A program made the translations under genes and the position numbers. Positions 1-13,100 of a stretch of 64,000 bases of DNA are shown piece after piece. Below the pieces are notes generated by a model. That model was not told where the DNA came from. It saw only the letters and a list, made by a program, of their open reading frames with translations, and made no database searches. How positions within the stretch are numbered: position 1 is the first letter of the stretch; every line of letters starts with the position of its first letter. Origin of the DNA: Ruditapes philippinarum (lineage: Eukaryota); assembly GCF_026571515.1 (NCBI RefSeq), contig NW_026858509.1, positions 248,001 to 312,000 of the forward strand, in the 5' to 3' direction.

Positions 1-120
1 GGGTGTCTACCAAGTCTGTTCAAATAAACAAATAAAAGCCCTTGGGTAAAAATTGGCCGGGGGGGGGGGGGGGGGCTATAATACAGGTGAGCGACCTCAG
101 GGCCATCATGGCCCTCTTGT
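1..120 (+). mobile_element. 3' end of Helentron-type non-autonomous element (same family as 16481-18198)
   Basis: Ends caggtgagcgacctcagggccatcatggccctcttgt; preceded by the satellite unit gtctaccaag. Confidence 0.8.
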
Positions 121-886
121 ATGAGAAAGTTTATCTAAAATGGAAACATTCTTACCAAGTTATGTAAGATAAGCTTGTTTTTATATAGGTAATAAAGACC
201 GGGAAAATGTAAAGCGTGCAGGGCAATGTATCATTGACTTTGCTAAGATAGCGGTGCATGGGTCCCTTCTAGCCATATGCAGGTAGGTCTTGAACTTGTA
301 AATCTTTTTTTTTCCCATAAACTCATTTAGATGCCAGATCGTCAATAATTTATCTGAGACAGTCAGTTTTGAGTTTGACAGTTTTTGTTTTTAAAGTAAA
401 TAGTGGTTTGTTAGTATTTAGGCGGCCCAAGATACACTTGAGACAGTTATTATGGCCTTAAGCTGTTTCCTAATAACAACCTGTGAATGCAATATTTTCA
501 AAATTTTGTAAACTCTTGATTAAGTAAACTTCTCTTATAACGGTATCGTTTATAACGATGCTGTTGCAGTGAACCGACTCTTGATTTTTTAGATTGGTTG
601 CCTCTTGGATATAACATTATAAATTTGGCGGTCCTCTAAGTATCATTGAATGCTGAATTTACTGTAATCTGTTTAACTGTAGATGCATACATATATACAG
701 TACAACAATACAATATAATGCATGATTCTCCTTGAAAATCACTAACTCTTCATATTATTGTTAAAATAATGTATTTACCACTTTCAGCTTAGCTAGAAAA
801 ATAGTCCACATCACCTGGGTTGAGAGGCAAACAACTAAACCTCTTGTTCACCCCTATCTCATCTATATGATTTTCTATTTTTTCAG

Positions 887-1111
887 TCAAGCCCGTGTCT
901 CTCTGCAGTGTGTAAGGGAGGCAACTCACAGTTGCAATGATCGCAGCAGGAACCTGTTCTCCCTGATAACCAATGTATTTGAGACGACCATCGCTACATC
1001 GTGTAAACCAGATACATGTAATCTTGGAATGGCTGAGCATTGTATAGATCAGGGGTTTACAGCCTTGGTCATGCCTCTTTACAGAGATCAGAGTTCAGTT
1101 TTATCATGCCA
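887..1111 (+). CDS. Exon E1 (phase 2-2): helical Cys modules
   Basis: tttcag|t ... tgcca|gtaagt; [16 protein letters not shown]...CNLGMAEHC...VLSC. Confidence 0.85.
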
Positions 1112-4100
1112 GTAAGTAAACGCTTCATTTAATTGAATTTTTTTTTATATTTAAAAAAGAATATTTTTGAAAAATTAAAATCTCCATTTAACATATGGGA
1201 AATTTTAGGTTTATATAATAATTTTTACACTTACCCTGTCTTTTCTTCTAATGGTAGTAGTAATGGTAAAGAGTCACAGTTTTAATATTACAAGTATTTG
1301 TTATATTTAAAAGTATTGCTTTTATGTTTCATGTAAATTTGGAATATGAATGGTATTATATAGGCCCCTACTATTATTGCCCAGAAATAATTCACAGTGG
1401 AGCATCTGGTACCTTCCTTCACCATTTAAAACTGGAATGATTTTAAACAGAGCCTATGTGAAATAAAACTAAAGATCATATTAAAGAATAACCTGATATA
1501 CCAATAAAAAGCTTGTAAATTGTGTGATGACAGTCTTGAATAGGTTTTTTTGGTATTGCAATACCTCTGTAGACTACTAGATATACATTTATAACTTCTA
1601 TAAATACAGAATTTATTTTCCTTTAGTGGTATGAAAATAAATATTTCATGAGTGGTGGTAGCCACGAGTAAATATAACAATTTTCATTCCACAATGTGAA
1701 AATGAATCCTGTATTTATAGAAAAAACTTGAATTTTCTGTTTATTATATACACTTTTCACTTTCTTGACATCACATTTTGAAAGTGTCAGCTTAAAGTTT
1801 GTGTATTGTCTGAATTTACAAGAAAGAAGTTGGGCAAGACACCATTGAAAATACAGAAAATATCTTTCACTGTAGTGAAAAATAAATTTTTACAGTGAAA
1901 ATACAGACAATGAAACCAAGCATTTTATTTAATTAATATTTCTTTATATTTCATTTATATTTATATAATAAATCCCTTTCTTACCTTTGCCCATGAACAA
2001 GAAAAACCTTCAGCTAGAAATGAATGAATCCCTTTCATCCAGGCACATCTTTAAATCACTATTTACAGCTGGATACAATCTACCGTGGCCTGTGCCTTCC
2101 AACATACAGTAAGCTGTGAAGAACAATATAGGGAACATTGGCATGACAAAGAAGATAGGCCCGGCATGGAAGATAGGTCCGGCATGGAAGATAGGTCCGG
2201 CATGGAAGATAGGTCAAGTATGGAAGATAGGCCCGACATGAAAGATGGGTCCAGCATGGATTATGATAAAGGCAAGATGGGAGATTCAGATTCAAGCATG
2301 TCACTTGGGAGTTATATAGACTTAGGCTCTCCAAACAGAGAGTCTGATTCAAATAGCAGGGACTCTGGTGATTCTGCAGAAAGGGATATGTATGGTTCCC
2401 AGTCATCGTAAGTATTAGATACATTTTCATGAGTCTACCTCATTGTTGATTTTTGTTGTTTTCTGTTCGTATTGTAAAAGTTCCTTATTTGATATATATG
2501 ATAGTTCATGTATAGAGCATTGATAATTGATAGATATACTTATGATAAACAAAATGAATCGTATACATGAAGAATATATGACTTCAGGAATAATGATTTT
2601 TTTTTCTTTTCTTGTATTCCTTTGAGTCCTTTCTAGAAATGTAGAGAGATTTCATTATTTTATCTTATCTAAATGTTTAAAAAGGAATTGTAATTTATGT
2701 TATTTTTAACACACAATTCTCCCCTTTTGGGCAGCTCTATACTGGTGAGATGCTAATTATTTACATTCCAGAAGGGTAAAAGTTAAACATACATACAAAC
2801 GTATGGCAAACATTGTTTTACTTTTATATATTATACTAGGTCTGATGAGAAGGATAGTATGGGTAGTTTTGAAAGTACAGAAAGCAACAAAAGATTGAGG
2901 GAGTATTTGGAGTTTGTTAAAGATATGAGACAACAAGTAAACATGAAATATGATTATCAAGACAAAATGGAACAAGAAGATGATGAAAGCATTGAAAATG
3001 ACGGTAGGTTTCCTCGTCAGATTAATGGACCATTCCATTTTTTAATGACTATGTATTATTCCAGTGTAGGAATTGGACAAACAGTCAGTCAATTTGAAGA
3101 GGAATGTATACACTGGAAAGGTCCATTGATTTGTACTGTTGGTTTTGTAATTGATTGATTGATTAATGAAGTTGAATGGAAATATAAAAAAAACTTACCT
3201 TGCTGAATATATGCAATGAATTTGCCATTCTTTGAATGCTGAACAGTCCATAGGTTAGTTTAAGCGATTTTAATATCAAAAATGATAATAATAGATGGTT
3301 AATGCACCATTGATTATTAACATCTGCAGGACACATTTAAAGCCCAAGCCTGCATGCAGGGCGAAGAATTTAATAAGTCTGAGGCCTTGTTAATCATTTA
3401 TGTTTCTTATTGATATATTTATGAAGGGACCTGTGTGTATTGTATAACTTTGAAACTTTTCTCATGACCAGATTTGGAAACATGTGAGCAGGAGAAAGTA
3501 ACAGGGCCATGCCGCGGAGCATTGCCTCGATGGTTTTTCAACTCTGAAACAGAGGACTGTGAGAGATTTATCTATGGTGGTTGCCAAGGTAACAAGAACA
3601 ATTTCGATAGTAAGGAAGAATGTATGGCACGCTGTATAAAGATTCCCGTCTGTGAACAGCCAAAGGTTGTAGGACGTTGCAAAGCTGCGTTTAGACGTTT
3701 CTTCTATAACGGGACATCAATGGCTTGTGAAGAGTTTATCTACGGTGGTTGCGATGGTAATGGAAACAACTTTGAAACAGAAGAAGCTTGCCAGAAAGCA
3801 TGTGAAATGAGGGAAGAACAAGGTTTGTTATTAATTGATTGAGAGACTGTTATAACATTTTACTGGTTAAAATTTAGAATACAGAATGTAAAAAATCCTT
3901 GCCACTTGCGATCTTCTGCAAAATAGATTATTTATTTTAAAAAAGTGGTAAAACCTGAATTTCTGCCATTAAATCAGTTTGTATTACATGTTTTTTAAGA
4001 ATGATTTTTAAAAATATATGTCATTAAAATAAGAGTGTCAGCACAATAATTTGAAAGGATTGCTCTTGAACTGTCTTATATAATTTTGTTAGTTCTTATT

Positions 4101-7100
4101 TGGTACTTAATTTGGTTTTGAATTTAAAGGAGAGGATGACAATAAAATAATGGAGGACAAAGACAAGAAAGAAAGAAGTGGTAACAATCTTGCTTATATG
4201 CTAGAAACAATCAGAGGAAATGCACATGGTCTGGTTAAAATGTTAGAAGGTGAACCATCGAGGGATGAAGATAAGGACATGCCAACACAGATTTTTGATC
4301 AGCTGGAGACTGAAGTCATGAAACTGAAAGAGGAAATTAAAGAAGCAATGGGTGGGTCAGAAAAGCAGAGGATTATTAGGAGACTGCAGGTGACAGAAAA
4401 GAAATTTAAAGCTTTCATGGAAATGAATGGGATGTCAGTGGATATTGATGAAGACCATGATGAAATGAGAGAAAGAATTGATGAAGTAAAGATGTATCTA
4501 GATGAGAGATTAAAGGATCAGATGGAAGAGTTGAAAGGAAGATTTGAAAGTATCAAGTATTCTATAAATTTCTTGACTTCAAAACAGGACACCTTCTGTG
4601 ATAAAGATGATGCAGAAAAGATGGACTATGAAGATGTCAAACCTGGTCTTGAAGTATTCTTTGCAATTAATGCGCTACTGGAAAGTCGTTATGTAAACAA
4701 GGAAAAGATTTGTAGGTAAGTGAGAAATCTTGTTTCCTTGATTATATCAGTTGTAGCTATAACTGTATAGATAGTATTTTGTGTTGGATGCAATCTTGAG
4801 TTCTATGTGTACCTATGAAAAGTCAGATGAGCAGCGTCATGACAAAACCAACATAATGGGTTTGCGACCAGCATGAATCCAGACCATTCTGCGCATCCGC
4901 GCAGTCTGATCAGGATCCATGCTGCTCGCTTACAAACCCTATTACAAGTAGAGAAACTGATAGCAAACAGCATGGATACTGTACTCTTGATTTTTATCAC
5001 CTTTAACGCATGAAAAAAACTCATTTTTTTTCTAGAATATTTTATTTTGATATCAGATAATGATAATAAAAACGGTAAAAATATAAATAAGTTCTACTTT
5101 GTTTTAGGATATCTTACTAATAATTAGCTAATAATTAATAATAAAATGAGAAATAAATTTTACTTTTTGCAGGTTACATGAAAAGATTGAGATGTCCATC
5201 GAGGAGATGGATATGTCTAGAGACATCCCTGAAGAACTTAAAGAGAACATGGAAGCCTCGCTAGAGTACCTGAGTATAGTAGTAGGAAGAATATGCATGC
5301 CCGAGGATGGAGAAGAAGAAGAAGAATGTTTACCATATGAGGATCCAGATGGTACTTGTGATTCACTAGCCACTGCCTTATGTCTGAATACAAATGAATT
5401 TTCTGCTGCAGTTTTAGTAGCTCAAAGGGACAACATGTTTGATAAAGTTTGTCAGTAAGTGTGAACTTCTTGTAAATGTATATTTGATCTTTAGTTAAAA
5501 TTCCAGAATTTTAGTGTTTGTCAGTCAGTGTGAACTTCATGTAAATATATATTTTGATCTTTATAGTTTAAATTCCAGTATTAGAGTTTGTCAGTTAATG
5601 GGAACTACAATGTACATGTTAATGTATATTTGATCTTTAGTGTCAAAGTTTCAAAAAGACAACAATGTACTGATTTTAACATTATTTAGTTTTTACAGAA
5701 TTTATTTTAAGTTTGATTGTGTAGGAAGCTAAAAGCATATAGATACATTTTCAAATGCGTTCCTTGAACCAACCAGCACTGAGCAATGACTGTAAAGTTT
5801 CTTGCTCAAAGAAACAATAGCTTGTTCCTGACAGGGTTTGAACCCATATGGCAAGCAATTATGAGATTACTAGTCTGACATGTTAACCACTTGGCCATGC
5901 GGCCAAACTGTCACCTTAGGGCAGTAACATGTTAACTTCTTTTAAAATTAAATAGGAGTTAACCTGTTATTGTACTAAGGAGACAACATGTATTATTGTG
6001 ATCTTTCTAGAATGGCTGAAGATGCTCTAAGATGTGTTAAGCGAACAACAGCAACATGTCCAGAAGATAACATTCCAAGAGATGCTACACGTGTTAAAAT
6101 TATTATAGACCGACTGCTAGGTGATAAATGTATATTACGACATGAATGTAAGCCTACACCTGAGTGTGACCCTGATGGGGCCATCGAAGAATGTTTCACT
6201 CTTCCAGCAAGAGGCGCAGACTTCTGTCAAGAATTTGAAAGTTCAAATTTACCATGCATTAAGAAGAAACTTGAGGCATGCAAATATTCAGAGGACGTTA
6301 CTCTTGTACAATATGAAATGGAATTGTTTATAAGAAGTTACGACCCTTCCAAAGAATGCGGTATAGATGTCAGCTTAATGTTGGAAGATGTTACAACATC
6401 TGTATCCGTGTGTTTTGTGAAGATGATCCATGGTCTGAGACATGGTTTGGAAACCATGGATACATTCAACAAGGCAATGTGCATGGCTCAATTATCTTAT
6501 CACAAATGTATAGAAGACAAGGATGTCCCTTACCTTGTTGATCTAATTAATTCACAACATAAAGAATTTTTTGGGAACTTCTGGGAAAGAAATTGTGGGT
6601 GGATGGAAGACATGGACGAAGAAGATGATGACAAACTAGAGATTGTGCCTATAGGTATTTATAGATTTGATGTACTTAGGGCTTTAAGGCCCATTATGCC
6701 TCAGAAATGCTTTAATTTTTATTTCTTTATGAAAGCTTTTTATTTTCATTGTCCTATTATAGTTTATTACAAGTAACTTATTGGCTTATTGCCTGAACTA
6801 TATTTTGTTCCTATTGCTTTTTGCAATTGGTACTGTTACAGTGATTTAGTATTTTGTATGGAAGTCACAATACTACTTTGTTTACATTTTGCTTCTTTTC
6901 TGTTGAATAATTCCACATTCAGTTCTACTTTCTTCAGTTTATAAGCCTTACATAAACATTGAGATACACCTGTTTTTCAAATATTTTTTGTAAACAAATA
7001 GATTACATACATACTTGAAATGCATACACAGAAATCATGATTACATTTTCAGATTTGACAGGTTGTAATGTAGATAAAGTTTTGCGTGTAACAGCATCAT

Positions 7101-10100
7101 TCTGGTATCAGACGTCATCTGTTCTTGGAATACACTGGAGCACTGATTTGTATGCCAGTTACTGCAAGTAAGCAAACTTTGTATTCATTATAAAGTAGTG
7201 TTTAAACTACTACCCTGATGATGCATTTTGGAAGTATCCTGACACAAAATCTGTACAAAAGTGATAACAATTGTCTGTGTGTGTTTTGAGAATTTTTAGA
7301 TTGACTATTCATAGAATAGGATGTCTGTTGTATTCACACCAGCATAAGCGTCTTTGTCAGTATTGCTGTCACCATCATACTTTGGATAAGTTTTTTCTTG
7401 CAAGTTTGTTTCTCCAAAACTAAAGAAGGGAATTGGTTGAAACGTCATACACTAATTTTAGAGCATTACAGGAGGTCACTGTACAAGGTCCATAAATCTA
7501 ACATGAATTTTGACTGAATGATGGCCAATTTAAACTTAAGAAATTATACATTATCCAGGTTCTTGTTTTACTATCAAGTACTGTCAGAGAAAAGTAAAGT
7601 ACACTGTCCTATCCACAGCTTTTGTTGAATTTTCTACATTTTCAATTCATATTACATTTTAATTTTGACCTATTTGTTAATCCATTACATCAATTTATTA
7701 CCATAAATGAGCATTTGTGTAAAATGTTAATGGTTTAATTAACCCTACTGTCAAATTTTTGAAAATTTGTTTCATTGTAATGTTTCAATTATAACTTCAA
7801 ATTGGCTCACATATTCAGCAACCTCGCACAATTACACGTTTAACGATCGTTACAAAACGTTACGAATGTTTCTATCGAATGCCATATTCTTGAATTCTTC
7901 ATGTTAATGATTATATCTATGTTCAAGAAACAAATAGGTCACCCACACAATACGTGCAGTCCGAACAAACATTTGTAAAAGGTTACTGCTGCTATCTGAC
8001 CTGCATCTTTTTATGTAAATAAGAACTGACATCAGCTTTGGTACATATCTCAATCTATATTGCATAGTACATGAGGTACACTGACGGTTAACGGTATTGT
8101 TGTTTTCATCGTTAACTTTTCAAAATTGTAAACGTGAGCCTACTTGACAATGTTACTGACCATAGCTTTTGTAACAGTATGCTCAATCTTAAATTTCTTG
8201 TTACCATGGCAATGAGGGGACATATCAAAATTGCCAAAAATCACTATTTCGCATTGATTTTTCCATTTCAAAGTGCTGCAACTTCTCAATGGATTGAGAT
8301 AGAGTCAAAGGCTTTTCAGCGTTGGTTACACATTACCTTTAAATATGATCGACCTGGAGTCATTTTTAGCTTCTCACAAGTTCAAAATCTTCTTGGCAAA
8401 GAGGGGGGCAGCTGCCCCCTTCAAACCCCTAAGCCGTTTTTTCACTATTTGAGGCCTCAAAGGGGGTAGGGGGTCAAAAGTGCATTGTTTTAGTGTATAT
8501 ATGAGGTAAAGGGTTAACACTAGTAATTTTTATGAATTTGAAATTAATGATAATGATAAGTTTGCAACAGTCAAATCAGTTTGTCTTATATAAAACATAG
8601 TTATAAACAACTTTGTTAATCATGGTTATAAATATGAAAACTAGAGTCTTCACAAAATTTAAACATGCCATCAATAAATTCATTACAATTCTGCAGGAGA
8701 AAGACATAAAAAACACTTTTCAAATTTTCATAAAAAAGATAATGAACCAAAAGGTTTGCTTGTTCTCAAAAAGTAAGTGACAGTCTTGAGAAGACAATGT
8801 GATTTACATTTACATTTTGAAAATTCTTGTTACAGCAGATAAGATTTTCATTCTTCTTGTTTTTAGTGATGAACACATTGAAGGCTTGAAAAATGTGTAC
8901 ACAGATGAACTTGGTGAAACCTGCCCACAACCAGCTAAAGATTTTCTGAATGGTGCTCTCCCTTACTTCTCTTCTTTGAAGGAAGAATACTGCCCCTTTG
9001 AACCTAAAAGTAAGTTAATTTGTTTTTAGAAAAAGTAAATTTCCATTTGGATATGCCATGAACTGTGGTTTTATAAAATTCAGACATGAAATACCACCTA
9101 TATAATTATTTTTCTTTAAAGTTTCCTTTTTTAAAATGAGCCTTTCACCATTATAGATACGCATGTACATGTATCTTGGGATTAATTTGCATGGATTTAT
9201 ATTGAAGTGCAAAATTAAATACCAAACCTAACAGATATTTGTCATTAAATCACTTAATTTGTTGATATTTTCACAGTCCCTGAAGGAAGCTGCTCAGTGG
9301 AAGGTGCTCGGCAATGTGTTACTAAGTTTGGAGAGTTCATGGCCCAATATTCACCAAGGGGTGATGTTTGTCAGTAAGTTTATTGTGAATTTATTTCTAC
9401 TTTTATATAGGCTTTGTATGTGTAGGGGATAGAGGCAGGGTTGGTGTGGAAGGTGAGAGGGCTTGCACTTTTGCTCGAATGACTGATTATTTGAAGGCCA
9501 TTGACTTCAAATTATAGTTGTAGGTTGAAATCCCAGCAGGAACATTGTTTTCTTATATAAATGGAATGATCAAGCTTACTTAAGGTTCTACCCATCTTGA
9601 GTACTTCCTCTGCTAGTAAAAGGTGAAAAGTTGTAGTACATGTATCGCCTTTCTTTTTTACTTTACATAAGTTTTCTAAATGATGTCAAAGAGTAGCATT
9701 GAATTATTTACGAAGTTTTAACTAAGTTTTAATTTATGTGATTTATTGAGTGAAATCTAATATGACATTGTGTAATTTTTACGTTTTACAGAAAACGTCG
9801 TGAAAGTATGGAATGTGTGATAAAGTTTTCTATAGGCTGTGATGGAGATGATGAGGAAGCTATTCTTGATCAATTGACATACCTGAGGTTAACTGCTACT
9901 GAAGAATGTGAGCAGCCATCTTGGTGTAACCATGGGGACATGGGAGAAGGGGATGATGGGAATGATGATCAAAAAGATGATGACAAAGAACCAGAAGGAG
10001 ATGATAGAACTAAGAGGGAGGTGGAAGTGAGAATGGAAGATATGAACATTCCTGAAGCAATAGGTATAAGGCATATTTAAATCTGCTTAAAGGAGCTCCA

Positions 10101-13100
10101 CTAAGGTGAAAAAGCCTAAAACATGAAATGAGCCGTGTCATGACAAAACCAACATAGCAGGTTTACGACCAGCAATGGATCCAGACCAGCCTGCGCATCC
10201 GCGCAGTCTGATCAGGATCCATGCTGTTTGCTATCAGTTTATCTACTTGTAATAGAGTTGGTAAGCGAACAGCATGGATCCTGATCAGACTGCGCGGATG
10301 CGCAGGCTGGTCTGGATCCATGCTGGTCGCAAACCCACTATGTTGGTTTTGTAGTGTGTCGGCTCAAATTTAAAATTCTTACATACATCAAGTAAAGCAC
10401 TTAAAATGAAGAAATCTGCAAAGGATGATAAAGAGATATACTTGGAATTAAATTAAATATCATTTTTTATGCAGTTCTTTGCCTGATTTGAGTGAAAAGT
10501 GTTACACCATAAAAATTATTATTCTAGAAACATATGATTAAGGAATGATAAAAAATTTGCTTACAAGTTATTGGTCAAGAGTATTATCAAATGGTACACA
10601 AATGTCATAAAAAATGTTTATGTCAAAACCCTCAGTGGAGTCCCTTTAAAATTATTTTGGTTTCCTCAAACAAATTTGCATTTGGCATATATCCCATTTG
10701 TATTGCTTTTGTTAGATATACAATGTGCAAGTGTATTGACTCCATGGTAATTTCTGTTACAGTGAACCTCACATGTAAAGCTCGTGGAGGCTGTGATGTC
10801 ATGTTTGAAAGATGCTTGAAACAGACTCATGAGGAAACTTGCAGGTAAGCAAATACCGGGAAAATAGAGAATACATGGAGGAGCTTATATAGTTTTCATT
10901 ATGACATTTTATGCTTGTGGAGACAGTCATGATGATTTATCAGACTTGTCATGTCATTACTTTTAAAAGCACAACTACAAAAAAATCTAATTTAGCAATT
11001 ACAAACTTTTGTGGATTTTCTCTAATATTGACCTTCTTATGAGTGTGCATTCTTTTGAATTGGTAAATGCTTGAATACTGTAAACCAGAAGATATGTATA
11101 AATTGGTTTTATCTTTTCATAATTAATATGATGTTCATAACAGCATGTACCAAGTCATGAGCAGTTGTAAAAACTTGCCCCTTACTTCACTTCAGTGTTG
11201 TTATATTTTTCTGGTCCTTCGGGGTCATTGATTCAAGGACATAACAGTTGACAAATATCGCTTAAGCTAATACTAGGGGCCATGAAAGATGTTGCTTTTT
11301 CCATTATCTCTCATGAACAGACCAAATCAAACCAAGCCTGTTTTTTTTATATTACATTGTTGTTTTTATTGGATCTAAGGGATTACCCCTTGTCCAGATT
11401 TTATTTTTACCAATTTCTGTCAAACTATTACTTTGATTTTAGAATTTTACACGACATATGTGATTGACGTTGCATTTATTAGCTCATATTAAACCATGTT
11501 AATTAAAATCTGTTTTACAGCAATGCAAAGTGAATTACAATCAATATTTTATTAAAATTTACACAGATTATCATATTTATCTTGTTTGCTGCTGTCTATC
11601 TTAGTACAACTGTTATTATAATGTTTCACAGGAATGCCACGGAGGTAAAAGAATGTATCAGTGCTCAATTGTCATACTGTCCGATATCACTGAAGATCGT
11701 AGCTCGTAACCACATAATGACTTATCTACAGATGAACAATGCCAACAAGAATGAAGACGAAGAAAACACAAACACTGAGAACCCTGAGAATGTTGATAAT
11801 GAAAGCTGCGATATTGTTCCTGAAGACATAATCGAGTTAGAAAACAAAGGATTAAACACCTGTATAGAGACGTTAGATGAAAAAATGAATGAAACATGGA
11901 GTGTATGTGATTCGTTACACAGTTTCACTCAATGCATGAGGTAATTTATCAAAGTCAACATTGTTTTGTATTTTTATTCAGTAAAACAAGTCGGCTTTTT
12001 TCATCGATCAGTTTTTGATTTTGTCATTAGCCTATCGTCCTCACTGTTGTGGTTTTGAATTCTGCCAGAAAATTTGAATTTATTTATTTGGGAAAGATAT
12101 CCAGCTGACTTATGGAACAAGTCAGCGGTTCTACTTGGGTGCCTGCTAGAGCCTGAATTGATACAAAAAGGGGCTCCTGAGGTCTGCCTCAACCACTATA
12201 GCTGGAAAGTCATCTCATATCTTTATTTTTGGTTGGTTACATTACTTTAAACTCAACCAAATAAAAAGAAATGCAAATTAAATGGAAAAATAATACAAGC
12301 TAATAATAACAAAAAGATCAAAATCACAGCCACCAAGATGAAAAATATTAGTACAAAAGCAAACAAGAAATTCTGCCAGTTTGTCGAAATTTGGAAAGCA
12401 CAGGATTAGTTATCCAAGGGTGGTTTGTTCAATCGAAGTGCAAGACAAATTTTGTGTGACAGTTGATCTCATACATTGAGTCTAACATTGGTCCTTTAAC
12501 CTCTGTTAGCTCTGATTCAGAAATCATGTGAGATTAATATCTGGTCACTTGTGGAGAAATTGATAGTTACTGGTTAGTTATCCAGGAAAGCTGATAAGGT
12601 GGATAGACTGTGGAAATGTTAAGAAAAAATGAGTTAATTTCGGCATAAAAAACATTAAAAGTAAGCAATAACAATGTTCCTGTAATTTGCACTCACTTGT
12701 AACTGTTATGTTAAGAAAATACTTCTTTTAATATAAAATAATATAAATGTATAATGTAACTGTTGTAGGAGTGATTTATCTAGCGAGGACATACCTGCCT
12801 GGTACCAAGGGGTCCTGAATGTACAGTACCATATCTTTGATAACTTCTACAATGACTTTTGTCCAAAGGAGGATGATGATGATGGTATGCTTTTTTGAAT
12901 TTCCTTTAAACATGCTTGAAATTAACATTATATTACAAAGTAACCTCCAAATAAAACCCCACTTCTATAAAGGCCATGTGTGGTATTTCCCTTGGGTTGC
13001 CTTTGTTTACTTGTATCACTGTAGTTATTTACTCTGTTGCTTTTGGAATTGCTAAAATTTACAAAACATAGTTCATTCCAAGTTATTACATGTATTATTT

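Noticed and set aside
2080-2430. Antisense ORFs with YLPCRT / LSSMPD repeats
   Set aside because: Reverse reading of the MEDRSG coding repeat.
8134-8469. 111-aa ORF as a possible transposase remnant
   Set aside because: No DDE or other recognisable motif; lies inside a short TTAA-flanked non-autonomous element.
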